A model generated the notes under the pieces. The model had not been told where the DNA came from. It did no database searches and saw only the letters and a program-made list of their open reading frames with translations. 64,000 nt of DNA, taken from the IMG/VR virus record IMGVR_UViG_3300009128_000011, positions 1-64,000 of that record. One strand, written 5' to 3'. Positions 39,298-49,501 of this stretch are shown one piece after another. The number at the start of each line of letters is the position of its first letter. The stretch's first letter is position 1. This DNA is from a virus. A program made the translations under genes and the position numbers.

Positions 39298-39756
39298 ATG
39301 GCCTGGCAGCTCGATTTCGCCAATCTCCCGTCCCCGACGAAGCTCATCGTCGGGCTCCTCCAGCGAATCCGCGACCGGATCCACACGTGGGAGGACCAGC
39401 CGCTCGTGCAGGGCGACCGGCTCACCGGCGCCGGCACAGCGGGGCTCGGGGACGTCACCGCCGCGCTGGTCGCGGGGGCCAGGTACGACGTCACCTTCAA
39501 CGACACGCTCGGCCCGGTGCCGAACGCGGGTGCGGGGCCGATGTTCTGCCAGCTCTCGACGGCGGCGGCCTTCGGTGCCGCAGGTGCCCCGGCCGTCGCC
39601 ACCCTGGCGGGGGGGCTGCAGCTCCAGCATGGGGACAGCCGCTACATCCGCGTCCCGTCGACCGGCGGTCCGCACTACCTGTTCGCCCTGTTCCCCCACG
39701 CAGCGGCCTACGCCACCGTGACGCAGTCCGACGAGCGGTCGGAGATCGACTCGTAG
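39298..39756 (+). CDS. Putative virion protein
   Basis: RBS; Gly/Ala/Thr-rich. Confidence 0.55.
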   Translation: MAWQLDFANLPSPTKLIVGLLQRIRDRIHTWEDQPLVQGDRLTGAGTAGLGDVTAALVAGARYDVTFNDTLGPVPNAGAGPMFCQLSTAAAFGAAGAPAVATLAGGLQLQHGDSRYIRVPSTGGPHYLFALFPHAAAYATVTQSDERSEIDS

Positions 39757-39788
39757 CAGGAGCGGGCTGACGCCCGCGAGGAGACGCC

Positions 39789-42700
39789 TTGCCCCCGAGC
39801 TCCCGGCGCCCGGGTGGCCGGGCTCGGAACCGGGGAGGGTACGTCCCCCCTGGCACCGCGCCACCACCTCCCGAGCCCTTCGACTGCGACGTCCCTCCTC
39901 TCGCCGTCTCCGGCGACCTGCGGGTCATCTGGCTCGTCCCGTACTGGGATCGGCTGGATGGCCTCGTGCGGGGCACGGAGGACCTCTCCGGCTGGCTGGA
40001 CCAGCAGCCCGGCGTCTCGTCGGAGATCTGGTCCGAACTGCCGCCGAAGCGCGAGGGCGCGCTACATGCGCCTGTAGGGCGCTACCTACCGCTGGATCAC
40101 CGTCCGACGGTGGTGGTCTCGACGACGACGGCGACGACCCCGTGGCTGTGCCGCCCGGGCGCGGCGCGGCGCCCCGTCCCCACCGCGGTCTACGTCCACG
40201 GGGAGTCGAGCTGGGAGCCGGTGCGGCAGGCAGGCCTGCTGGACCAGGTGCGGACGTGGTTCGTCCCGTCCGCGGTGTTCGACTGGTCGACGTTCACCGA
40301 CTGGGCCAAGGCGCGCCAGGTGGTGCAGGTGCAGCCGGGCTTCATGCCAGACGCGTACCGCCCCCGCGGGCGCCCCCCGAAGCGGGCGGGCGTCCTGGCG
40401 ATCAACCCGTGCTTCGGCAAGGGGGCGAGGACCCTGCTGTCGATGGCTCGGGCGATGCCGGACGTGGCGTTCACTCTCGTGCTCGCCAGCATCCAGCCGG
40501 CCTACCGAGGATTGGGCGACCTGCCGAACGTCAAGATCGTGCAGCCGCAAGAGGATCTGCGGCCGTACTACGCCCGGGCGCAGGTGTACGTCAGCCCCAC
40601 GCACTCGGAGACGTTCGGCCGTACGGTGGCGGAGGCGCAGGCGGCGGGGACGCCGTGCGTGGTCTCCGACCTGGCGACCCTACGGGCGACCGCGGGGGAC
40701 GGCGCTCTGTACTGCGTCCCTGACGTGGTCGGCCCCTGGGTGGAGGCGTGCCGGGCCATCCTGGACGACGAGCAGACGTGGCAGGAGCGCTCCGAGGCGG
40801 CTCTCACCAACGCTGCCCGCTACGAGGCGCAGGAGGACTTCCACGTCTTGCTGTCGACGCTGCGTTCTCTGGCGCCTGCGGTCGCAGCCCCCGTGCCCCG
40901 GACGCGGCCGCAGGCGCCTCCCCCCCCTCCTGCGGCGTGCCGGGAACTCCCTCGTTCCGGCGACCCCTTCCCCCAGGGCGCCGTCCTCCACCTCGGCGCC
41001 GGCGGGAAGCGGGTCAAGGGGTACGTCAACACGGACGTGCGCAAGGCCCAGGCCCCCGATGGGGTGGTGGTGGACGTGCAGCGGACGCCGCTGCCGGCGC
41101 GGCGCTTCGGCGCGATCTACGCCTGCCACCTGCTCGAGCATCTGTACCCCGAGGAGACGGTCCCGATCCTGCGCCGCTGGCTGCAGGCGCTTCAGCCCGG
41201 GGGGACCGTCCGGCTGTCGGTCCCCGACCTGCGGCTGGTGGTGGCCAACTGCGTGGAGTCGCAGTCGTTCGGGCCGAACCCCGACGCGCCGCTCTTCGGG
41301 GACTTCCGCAAGGCGGCCCACGACTGGGACCGGCACAAGCGGTCGTTCACCGTCGAGATCCTGACGCGCCTGCTGGGGGAGGCGGGCTACGTCAACGTGC
41401 GGCCGTGGGTGCCGTCGCAGTACCCCGAGATCGCTGCGGTGCGGGACTGGAGTTCCTACGCCACGATCTCGCTCAACCTCGAGGCCGACCGGCCCGAGGA
41501 GCGCGCGCTGACTCCGACGCTGCCGGGGGGGCCGACCCCTGTCGAGGCGGCTGCGCCCGGGGAGCACGTCGAACTGTCGGTCATCATCGGGACCTACAAC
41601 CGCCTGGAGATGCTGCAGACGTTCGTCGCCAGCGTGCGCAACGGGGTCGTGCTGGCCGGGGCCGCAGAGCCGATCTGCTCCTACGAGTTCGTGGTCGCGG
41701 ACGGCGGTTCGACCGACGGGACGCTTCCCTGGTTGGCCGAGCAGCATGACGTGCGCGTGGTGCACGGTGGGCTGACGGGAGCCATCGACGCGTTCAACGC
41801 GGCCTACGAGGCGTCTTGGGGCGAGCTGGTCATGCACGCCAACGACGACACCCGCGTCGAGGGCGACGGGGTGGCCGTGGCGGTCGAGTACCTGCGGGCC
41901 CATCCCGAGGTGGGCCAGGTGGTCTTCGAGTGGACGCGGGACGGCGGGAAGACCTGGAGGCACGACGGGACGCAGCTCGGCGACGTGCCCCCGCACCCCA
42001 ACCAGGCGGTGACGCGCCGCCTGGCCATCGAGGACACCATCGCCCACGAGCTGGGCGCCTTCTGGGGCGATGAGGAGCGCCGGACGCACAAGACCTACGG
42101 CGGCGACACCTACCAGTGGGTGGTGCTGGCGCGGCGGGGGTGGCAGGCGGTGGGGCTCCCGGGGCGCTGCCGGATCCACGACTACATGCACGAGGCGGAC
42201 GACGAGCTGCGGGAGGCCAACCTGGTCGGGACGGGGCCCGGGTCGGACCACGCGCTCAACTTCCGCAAGATGTCCGGCGTCGGACGGCCCGGATGCTGGG
42301 ACCTCGAGATCCCCGGGAGTGGGTGGCCGCACGTCTACGTGGCCGAGCCGGGCCGGCCGGCGCGGCGTTCGCCCATCGCCGCCGGGCCGGAGGAGCGTCC
42401 TCTCGTGCTCCACATGGGGTGGGGGCCGGAGCCGCTGGACGGTCTGCGCCGGGCCTTCGCTCGCATGGGGCCGTACCGGGACGTGCCGTGGGTGCCGTTG
42501 CTCAACAACGGCGGCCCTCCGGCCATCGAGGAGGGGGTGCTACGCGCCGCCGCCGAGCTGCAGCCGACTCTGGTCTGGATGCAGATCCAGCGTGGCGACC
42601 AGTTCCCCATGAGCACGATCCGCAAGCTGCGGGAGGTCGTGCCGCCGGAGTGCCTCCTGATCTCCTGGAACGGGGACGTCCGAACGGGGGGGACGGCCTC

Positions 42701-43409
42701 CATGGAGGCGTGGCAGGCCGAGGTGGGTCGTCTCGTCGACCTGTACCTGGTCAGCAACAACACGCAGCCGGGCATGCTCGCGTCCGAGGGGGTGCGAGCC
42801 GGCTACCTGCCGGTCGGCTACGACCCGCACCTGTCGGACTACCGTCGGGACGCGGGGCCGCAGGAGGGTGAAGGGGGGGTGGTGTTCGCCGGGCAGATGT
42901 ACTGCCGGCTCGACCACGGATTCCGCCGCCGGCTCTTCGAGGCGGTGGCGCAGCGCTTCCCTGGACACCTGACGCTGTTCGGGGGGCTGTGGGACCACTC
43001 GCCCATCCTCAAACCGTGCTGCGGTGGGCAGCGGGACCAGGAGGCCATGAGCTACGTCTACAGCCGAGCACGGGTCTCGGTGGCAACGTCGCTGTTCACG
43101 GACCTGCGTCGCTACACCTCCGACAGGCTCAAGCGCATGCTCGGCAGCGGGGCGGTCACGGCGCTGCATGCCCTCGACGACTACGAGGGGCTCGGGATCC
43201 GCGACGGCGTGCACGCGCTGATCTGGCGTGACCAGCAGGATCTGCTCGGTCTCCTCGTCGACTGGCTGCGCCCGGAGCGAGACGGCGCTCGCCGGGCACT
43301 CCGGGAGGCGGCGCACGCGCTGGCGTTGGAGTCCATGACCTGGGACGTGATCGTGGAGAACCTGCTCGCCATCGTGCGGGCGGAGAGGCACCGGAGGGCG
43401 ACGTGCTGA
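39789..43409 (+). CDS. Four-domain glycan enzyme: GT4-like + SAM methyltransferase + GT2-like + CgeB-like glycosyltransferase
   Basis: ETFGRTVAEAQAAGTPCVVSD; LHLGAG...HLLEHL...LQPGG.VRLSVPD; LSVIIGTYNR...DGGSTDGT...NDD; YTSDRLKRMLGSG. Confidence 0.85.
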   Translation: MPPSSRRPGGRARNRGGYVPPGTAPPPPEPFDCDVPPLAVSGDLRVIWLVPYWDRLDGLVRGTEDLSGWLDQQPGVSSEIWSELPPKREGALHAPVGRYLPLDHRPTVVVSTTTATTPWLCRPGAARRPVPTAVYVHGESSWEPVRQAGLLDQVRTWFVPSAVFDWSTFTDWAKARQVVQVQPGFMPDAYRPRGRPPKRAGVLAINPCFGKGARTLLSMARAMPDVAFTLVLASIQPAYRGLGDLPNVKIVQPQEDLRPYYARAQVYVSPTHSETFGRTVAEAQAAGTPCVVSDLATLRATAGDGALYCVPDVVGPWVEACRAILDDEQTWQERSEAALTNAARYEAQEDFHVLLSTLRSLAPAVAAPVPRTRPQAPPPPPAACRELPRSGDPFPQGAVLHLGAGGKRVKGYVNTDVRKAQAPDGVVVDVQRTPLPARRFGAIYACHLLEHLYPEETVPILRRWLQALQPGGTVRLSVPDLRLVVANCVESQSFGPNPDAPLFGDFRKAAHDWDRHKRSFTVEILTRLLGEAGYVNVRPWVPSQYPEIAAVRDWSSYATISLNLEADRPEERALTPTLPGGPTPVEAAAPGEHVELSVIIGTYNRLEMLQTFVASVRNGVVLAGAAEPICSYEFVVADGGSTDGTLPWLAEQHDVRVVHGGLTGAIDAFNAAYEASWGELVMHANDDTRVEGDGVAVAVEYLRAHPEVGQVVFEWTRDGGKTWRHDGTQLGDVPPHPNQAVTRRLAIEDTIAHELGAFWGDEERRTHKTYGGDTYQWVVLARRGWQAVGLPGRCRIHDYMHEADDELREANLVGTGPGSDHALNFRKMSGVGRPGCWDLEIPGSGWPHVYVAEPGRPARRSPIAAGPEERPLVLHMGWGPEPLDGLRRAFARMGPYRDVPWVPLLNNGGPPAIEEGVLRAAAELQPTLVWMQIQRGDQFPMSTIRKLREVVPPECLLISWNGDVRTGGTASMEAWQAEVGRLVDLYLVSNNTQPGMLASEGVRAGYLPVGYDPHLSDYRRDAGPQEGEGGVVFAGQMYCRLDHGFRRRLFEAVAQRFPGHLTLFGGLWDHSPILKPCCGGQRDQEAMSYVYSRARVSVATSLFTDLRRYTSDRLKRMLGSGAVTALHALDDYEGLGIRDGVHALIWRDQQDLLGLLVDWLRPERDGARRALREAAHALALESMTWDVIVENLLAIVRAERHRRATC

Positions 43410-43954
43410 GGCGGCTGCGCCGGTGGCTCGTCGGGGACCGCGGCTTCGTGGTGTGGCTCACCGGTCTGCCGTGCTCGGGCAAGACCACGATGGCGAACCT
43501 GCTGGCGGGGGAGTTGCGTCGCCGTGGGCGCGGGGTGCTCGTCCTCGACGGCGACGCTGTGCGAGGAGGGCTCTCCTCCGATCTCGCCTTCGGGGACGAG
43601 GACCGGGCCGAGAACCTGCGCCGGCTACGGGAGGTTGCCCGGCTGGCTGCTCCCCAGGGGCTGGTGGTGGTCGTGGCAGCCATCACGCCCTACGAGAGCG
43701 AGCGGTTGAAGGTCCGCACGATGCCCGGGACTCTCCTGGCCTGGTGCAACGCGCCGGTGGCCGTCTGCGAGAGGCGGGACGTCAAGGGGATGTGGGCCAG
43801 GGCAAGGAAGGGGGAGATCGAAGACTTCACCGGGGTGGACGGCCCCTACGACCAGCCGGCCACGTTCGACGTGCAGCTCTACACGGACTCGCTGACGGAG
43901 ACAGCCGCGTTGCGGCAACTCTGGACAGCGCTTCGGGCCAAGGGGTGGGTGTGA
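43403..43954 (+). CDS. cysC: Adenylyl-sulfate (APS) kinase
   Basis: VWLTGLPCSGKTT, LDGDAVR.GLSSDL.F..EDRAENLRR, CERRDVKG, FTGVDGPY. Confidence 0.95.
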   Translation: MLRRLRRWLVGDRGFVVWLTGLPCSGKTTMANLLAGELRRRGRGVLVLDGDAVRGGLSSDLAFGDEDRAENLRRLREVARLAAPQGLVVVVAAITPYESERLKVRTMPGTLLAWCNAPVAVCERRDVKGMWARARKGEIEDFTGVDGPYDQPATFDVQLYTDSLTETAALRQLWTALRAKGWV

Positions 43955-44880
43955 CACGGCTCGTCCTGACCATCGACTGGCGCACGGCCGCGGCGGGCTG
44001 GCCCGGGGGGCAGCTCTACCTGCTCGACCTCGAGAGGCACGAGGTGCTCCACCACTACGTGGGGCCGCTCAAGCCCGCGGCGCTGACGCAGCCCGGGGGG
44101 TGGACGGGCTTCCGCGGCGTGTTCTGCCGCAACGGCCAGGCGTGGGTGGCGGACGCCGACAGCTTCCGGGTGTTCGACCTCGCCGGCGACCGCTTCCGGC
44201 TGGCCGAGGCGTGGACCGCCCGGCGTTGGTACGACATCCACGACACCTGGCCGGACGCTGACGGCAAGACCTGGTGGGCGACCTCGACGTCTTCCGACGA
44301 GGTGGTGCGCTTCCGCAAGCACGGAGCGCACCTGCTGGCGACGGAGGAGATCTGGGACGCCTACCTCGACCCCGCGGTGGTCAATCCCGACACGGGGATG
44401 ACGGGGCGCCGGAACGACCTGCACCACATCAACTCGGTGTGCATCCACGGCGAGCAGCGGTGGGCGCTGGCGCACCGGGGCGGCAAGGTGATCCGCTTCG
44501 CCCCTGGCCCGACGTGGGTCCACCCCCATCCGGTGTACGGCGGTCACTCGCTGCGGATCACGCCCACCGGTGGCGTCCTCGTCCTCGACACGAAGGCAGA
44601 GAAGGTGTTCCTCCTCGACCCCCGGGGCGGCCCTCCTGTGCGCTCCATCGACTGCGGAGCCAAGCGGCTCGCCCCGAAGATCAACCCCAACACGGGCAAG
44701 CGGGCGGATTCCGGCTGGCTGCGTGGGTGCTGCGTGCTCGACGGGCAGCATGCGGTGGTGGCGACCTCGCCGGCGCAGCTCTTCGTGGTCAACTACAGGA
44801 CGGGGAAGGTCGAGGACTACTGGTGGATCGACAAGAAGGACGTCCGGGCGTCGACCTTCGGTCTGGACGTCGTGAGGTAG
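43951..44880 (+). CDS. Predicted beta-propeller protein
   Basis: Repeated beta-strand blades; GFRG, DIHD, DLHHINSV, GHS, GWLRG motifs; GTGA overlap with cysC. Confidence 0.6.
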   Translation: MTRLVLTIDWRTAAAGWPGGQLYLLDLERHEVLHHYVGPLKPAALTQPGGWTGFRGVFCRNGQAWVADADSFRVFDLAGDRFRLAEAWTARRWYDIHDTWPDADGKTWWATSTSSDEVVRFRKHGAHLLATEEIWDAYLDPAVVNPDTGMTGRRNDLHHINSVCIHGEQRWALAHRGGKVIRFAPGPTWVHPHPVYGGHSLRITPTGGVLVLDTKAEKVFLLDPRGGPPVRSIDCGAKRLAPKINPNTGKRADSGWLRGCCVLDGQHAVVATSPAQLFVVNYRTGKVEDYWWIDKKDVRASTFGLDVVR

Positions 44881-44881
44881 C

Positions 44882-45646
44882 ATGCTGATCCCCCTGACCT
44901 ACGGCTCGGAGCGCCCGGAGATCCTCGCCGAGTTCGCCGAGCTGTTCACCTCCCGCAACCCGCGGTGGAAGTGGCCCTTCGTCCACACGCTGTACGCCAA
45001 CGAGTACGCGTGGACGGTGGACCGGCTGTTCGAGCGTCTGGGGGCCGACCTGACCGGCAAGCTGGTCATGGACGCCGGCGGGGGCGCCTCGGCGCTGCAG
45101 CACTATATCGCCCGGCGCGGCGCCGACGTGCTCAACGTCAGCCACGGGCCCGGGCAACTCCCGGGGAAGACGGCGGCGGGGGTGGTGATCCCGCGGGTCC
45201 GCTGCCACGCCGCTGACCTGGTGGAGACCGGCCAGGAGCCGGGGACGTTCGACGCCATCGTGAGCGTGAGCGCCATCGAGCACAACCCGTGGCCCAAGAT
45301 CGAGCGCATCGTGGCGCACCTGCTCGACCTGCTCAAGCCGGGAGCGCCGTTGATCGTGACGGTGCCGGCGGGGCGTGAGGGGAAGTGGTACCAGAGGGGG
45401 ACCTTCCCCGGGCGGCCCGAGTTCCCGAACGTGTACCTGTGGGACATCGTTGCCTTGGACAGGCTCACTGCCGCCGTGTGGCCGATGGCTCATCTCGTTT
45501 CGCAGCGGGGGGGGCCAGGCCGGGAGAGGTTCGCCGAGGACTACCGAGCGGCCTGGGACGCCATGATGGCCGGGCGGGATTCCACCCCTGGCGCCCAGCG
45601 CATGCCCTACCTGTCGGCCGGCTTCGTGTTCGAGCAGCGAGCGTGA
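44882..45646 (+). CDS. Class I SAM methyltransferase
   Basis: VMDAGGG, FDAIVSVSAIEH, LLKPGAPLIVTVP. Confidence 0.85.
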   Translation: MLIPLTYGSERPEILAEFAELFTSRNPRWKWPFVHTLYANEYAWTVDRLFERLGADLTGKLVMDAGGGASALQHYIARRGADVLNVSHGPGQLPGKTAAGVVIPRVRCHAADLVETGQEPGTFDAIVSVSAIEHNPWPKIERIVAHLLDLLKPGAPLIVTVPAGREGKWYQRGTFPGRPEFPNVYLWDIVALDRLTAAVWPMAHLVSQRGGPGRERFAEDYRAAWDAMMAGRDSTPGAQRMPYLSAGFVFEQRA

Positions 45647-45905
45647 TGTCCTCCTCGCAGCATCCACCATCTCTCCTTGGTGCACCCCGGGTGCCTGTGC
45701 TCGGGACCTACAAGGCGCGGTGCATGGATCCGTGTGATCATGAGGCCTGCAGAAGGGCGCGGGAGATCGTGGGTGCTGTGTGTCCTCTGTGCGGCAAGCC
45801 GGTGGGGCATGAAGGTTACTGCGTTCTCCGTGCGGGTGACTACGCGCACGCTGAGTGTGCCCGGGACGCCATCACGATAGGGGAGATCGACCCGGACAGC
45901 GTCCG

Positions 45906-47579
45906 ATGACCGCCCCCGACGTCGCAGTCCTCCTCGGCACGGTCGACCGGCCCGAGATGCTCGCCGAGTGCGTGGCGTCGATCCGGGAGAGCCTGGAGGG
46001 GAGCGGCTACACGCACGAGGTCGTGGTGGCAGTCGGCACGAAGACGGAGCCGGCCCTCCCCTGGCTCCGCCAACAGCCCGACGTCGTGATCGTGCTCGGC
46101 GGCATGGACGGAGCGATCCCCGCGTTCAACCGGGCCTGGGAACGGGCGGCCAAACTGTGTCCCCGCTACGTCTGCCAGATCAACGACGACGTGCTGATCG
46201 TGGGCGACTCACTCGCCCGTGCCCTCAACTACCTGGACCGGGACCGGGGGCTCGGGATGGTGGTCTTCACCTTCTCGGTGGATCGCGGGCACCGGTGGCT
46301 GGCGCCGACCTACCCTAGCGGTTACCCGCACCCGAACCAAATGGTGGCGCGTCGAGAACTTGTCGAGGAGGTCGCCCACGAGTTGGGCGCCTTCTGGGGT
46401 GACGAGGAGCACAGGACGCACAAGACCTATGGGGGAGACACGGCGTTTGGCCTCTGGGCCTGTCGTCTCGGCTGGCGTGCGGAGCGAATGCCGGATGTGT
46501 GTTGCCATGATCTCATGAGGGAGACTGATATCGCGCTGCGCAGGGCCAACCAGATTGGCACCGCAAGGCATGAGCGCGAGTTCGCCTACCGCTACCCCCC
46601 GGGCTTCGACAAGCCGGTGCGCCGGCTGGAGGAACGCAAAATGGACGAGCGCCCCCGCAACGTGGCCGGGACCGCCGGGATCGACAAGTCCCGCTTCGGC
46701 CCGCTCATGGACCGCTTCACGCTGGACGCCGTGAGCGGGATGGACCGGGAGACCTTCCGGGAGGAGGTCGCAGCCTTCGTCGAGGCCAACCCTTACGAGG
46801 CGTGGCGTCAGGCGTGGCAGGCCAACGACGGGACGTTCTTGGGGACGCTCTGTTGGGGGGCCGACCGCGAGTTCGTGCACCAAGGTCCGGGAGAGCGGAG
46901 GTGGTGGGTGAAGGGCGGCATGGACGACCGGCACGTCACCAACCTCGAGCGGGTGGTCAAGCCCGGGGGGCTCGACGTCGCAGCCCACGTCGAGGGCAAG
47001 ATGGCCGCGGTCGTCGGCTGCTGGTGCGGGGAGGAGAACCTCCTCCTGCGCGCTCTCGGGGCTCGGGGAGTGGACGGCGTCGAGGAGGTCAAGGAGTACG
47101 CCCGGCTGGCCGGGCTCCAGCTCCACGCCTTCGAGGTCCCCGGGCGCGTCTGGCCCTGCTCGCTGTACGCCCTCCCGCTGGCGGAGGTGGCCGGGCTGTA
47201 CGATCTGCTCTACGTCCCCGGGGTCATGTACCACCTGACCGACCCGGTGGCGGCGCTGGCCATCTTCTGGGCCATGCTCAAGCCGGGGGGCGTCCTCGCC
47301 TTCGAGACGGTCGTGACGCCGACGCAGGGCGGCCCCCGCCCCATGGCGGCCTACCTCGGTGCGCAGGTGGCGGGGTGGAACTGGTGGGCGCCGACGCCGG
47401 AGGCCTACACGCAGATGATGAGCGACGCCGGCTTCACCGACTGCCGGCAGGTGGACCAGGTCCCGGGGCGGGCGTGGTTCATGGGGGAGCGGACGGAGCG
47501 TCTCCCGCTGCTGGAGACGGGCGCGGCGGGCTTCTCCCGGCCCGACCTGCTCAAGCAGATCCAGAGGCTCGCCAAGTAG
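45906..47579 (+). CDS. GT2-like glycosyltransferase fused to SAM methyltransferase
   Basis: VAVLLGTVDR...AFNRA...QINDD; C-terminal VVGCWCG, YDLLYVPGVMYHLTDP, LKPGGVLAFET. Confidence 0.8.
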   Translation: MTAPDVAVLLGTVDRPEMLAECVASIRESLEGSGYTHEVVVAVGTKTEPALPWLRQQPDVVIVLGGMDGAIPAFNRAWERAAKLCPRYVCQINDDVLIVGDSLARALNYLDRDRGLGMVVFTFSVDRGHRWLAPTYPSGYPHPNQMVARRELVEEVAHELGAFWGDEEHRTHKTYGGDTAFGLWACRLGWRAERMPDVCCHDLMRETDIALRRANQIGTARHEREFAYRYPPGFDKPVRRLEERKMDERPRNVAGTAGIDKSRFGPLMDRFTLDAVSGMDRETFREEVAAFVEANPYEAWRQAWQANDGTFLGTLCWGADREFVHQGPGERRWWVKGGMDDRHVTNLERVVKPGGLDVAAHVEGKMAAVVGCWCGEENLLLRALGARGVDGVEEVKEYARLAGLQLHAFEVPGRVWPCSLYALPLAEVAGLYDLLYVPGVMYHLTDPVAALAIFWAMLKPGGVLAFETVVTPTQGGPRPMAAYLGAQVAGWNWWAPTPEAYTQMMSDAGFTDCRQVDQVPGRAWFMGERTERLPLLETGAAGFSRPDLLKQIQRLAK

Positions 47580-47588
47580 GAGGTCCCC

Positions 47589-48581
47589 ATGCCCACCGCT
47601 CTTCTCAGTGGCATCACCGGCCAGGACGGCAGCTACCTCGCCGAGCTTCTGCTGGCGAGGGGCTACGAGGTCCACGGATTGATTCGCCGAGCGTCGAGCT
47701 TCAACACGGACCGGATCGACCACATCTTCGGCCAGCTCCAGCTCCACCACGCCGACCTCACCGAGCCCGAGCGGCTGGCGTGGCTGCTGCGGGGGATCGA
47801 GCCGGACGAGGTCTACCACCTGGGGGCGCAGTCCCACGTGCGGGTGAGCTTCGACACGCCGGGCTACACGGCGGCGGTGACGGGGCTGGGGACGCAGCAT
47901 CTGCTGGAGGCGGTCTTCCGCCACCGCCCGGAGGCCCGGGTCTACGTGGCGTGCAGCTCCGAGATGTTCGGGGCGTCCCCGCCGCCGCAGGACGAGGCGA
48001 CGCCGTTGCGGCCGCGGTCGCCGTACGCCTGTGCCAAGGTCTACAGCTTCCACCTGGCTCGGCACTACCGGGACCGGGGGCTGTTCGTGTCGGCGGGGAT
48101 CCTCTTCAACCACGAGAGCGAGCGCCGCGGCGAGACCTTCGTCACCCGCAAGATCACCCGGGCGTTGGCCCGGATCCGCCTCGGGCTGCAGAACCGCCTC
48201 CAGCTCGGCAACCTGCAGGCGCGCCGGGACTGGGGGCACGCCGAGGACTACGTGCGCGCCATGTGGCTCATGCTCCAGGAGCAGATCCCGGACGACTACG
48301 TGATCGCCACCGGCGAGAGTCACTCCGTGGAAGACTTCCTCGGGGCGGCCTGCGCCTGGCACGAGATCGAGTTCCCGGACGAGCGGGTCGAAGTGGGCGT
48401 CCAGCGGCTGCTCCGGCCGACGGAGGTGGACGCGCTGGAGGGCGACGCCAGCAAGGCCAGAACGCGGCTCGGCTGGGAGCCGCGGATCACCTTCTCGGAG
48501 CTCGTCGACCGCATGTGCGAGGCGGACTACCGGCTGGCTCTCGGCGAGCGGGCCGCTGCTGTGGCGACCGGGGGCGGCTGA
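47589..48581 (+). CDS. gmd: GDP-mannose 4,6-dehydratase
   Basis: [59 protein letters not shown]. Confidence 0.97.
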   Translation: MPTALLSGITGQDGSYLAELLLARGYEVHGLIRRASSFNTDRIDHIFGQLQLHHADLTEPERLAWLLRGIEPDEVYHLGAQSHVRVSFDTPGYTAAVTGLGTQHLLEAVFRHRPEARVYVACSSEMFGASPPPQDEATPLRPRSPYACAKVYSFHLARHYRDRGLFVSAGILFNHESERRGETFVTRKITRALARIRLGLQNRLQLGNLQARRDWGHAEDYVRAMWLMLQEQIPDDYVIATGESHSVEDFLGAACAWHEIEFPDERVEVGVQRLLRPTEVDALEGDASKARTRLGWEPRITFSELVDRMCEADYRLALGERAAAVATGGG

Positions 48582-49501
48582 TGCGCTACCTGGTCCTCGG
48601 TGCCCAGGGCATGGTGGGCCGGGCGGTGGCCGACGAGCTTGAGCGACGGCACGACCTGGTGTGGCGGCACGAGCGTGTCGGGGCGGACCTGACGCGGCAG
48701 GACCAGGTCGAGCGTCTGTTCGACCGCACGTCCCCTGACGCAGTGGTCCTCGCCGCCGCCCGGGTCGGCGGGATCGGCGCGAACGCGTCGGCGCAGTGGG
48801 ACTTCGGCCGGGACAACACGCTGATCGCCGCCCTGTGTATCGACGCTGCGGTGCGCCGGCGGGTCGAGCGGCTCGTCTTTCTGGGATCGAGCTGCATCTA
48901 CCCCCGCGAGGCGGAGCAGCCGATTCGGGAGGAGAGCCTGCTGACGGGCCCGCTGGAGGAGACGAATCGCGCCTACGCCGCGGCCAAGCTCACCGGCGTC
49001 GAGCTGTGCCGGGCGTGGAGCCTGGAGGGGGGGCGCCCTCGCTTCATCTGCCCCATGCCGACCAACCTCTACGGGCCCGGCGACAACTACGACCGGCGCA
49101 CGAGCCACGTACTGGCGGCCCTGGTGCGCCGGTTCGTCGAGGCCGAGGCGTCCGGCGTCGAGCGGGTGACCCTGTGGGGGTCTGGGGAGCCGCTGCGGGA
49201 GTTCCTCCACGTCGAGGATCTGGCCCGGGCAGTGGCGTTCCTGCTGCGTGACCCGGATCCTCCGTTGCTGGTCAACGTGGGGTGGGGGTGCGACCTGTCG
49301 ATCAGCGCGCTGGCGCGAAAGGTGGCGGAGGCGGTAGGCTACGGGGGCGAGATCGACTGGGACCGGTCCATGCCCGACGGCACGCCCCGCAAGCTGCTCG
49401 ACACCAGCCGCATGCGGGAACTCGGCTGGGAGCCCCGCATCGGGCTCGACGAGGGCATCCGGAGGACGGTCGCCGAGTACCGAGCGGAGGTGAGACGGTG
49501 A
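48581..49501 (+). CDS. fcl: GDP-L-fucose synthase
   Basis: GAQGMVG, AAARVGGI.AN, FLGSSCIYP, YAAAK, MPTNLYGPGDN, WGSG.PLREFLHVED, PDGTPRKLLD. Confidence 0.95.
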   Translation: MRYLVLGAQGMVGRAVADELERRHDLVWRHERVGADLTRQDQVERLFDRTSPDAVVLAAARVGGIGANASAQWDFGRDNTLIAALCIDAAVRRRVERLVFLGSSCIYPREAEQPIREESLLTGPLEETNRAYAAAKLTGVELCRAWSLEGGRPRFICPMPTNLYGPGDNYDRRTSHVLAALVRRFVEAEASGVERVTLWGSGEPLREFLHVEDLARAVAFLLRDPDPPLLVNVGWGCDLSISALARKVAEAVGYGGEIDWDRSMPDGTPRKLLDTSRMRELGWEPRIGLDEGIRRTVAEYRAEVRR

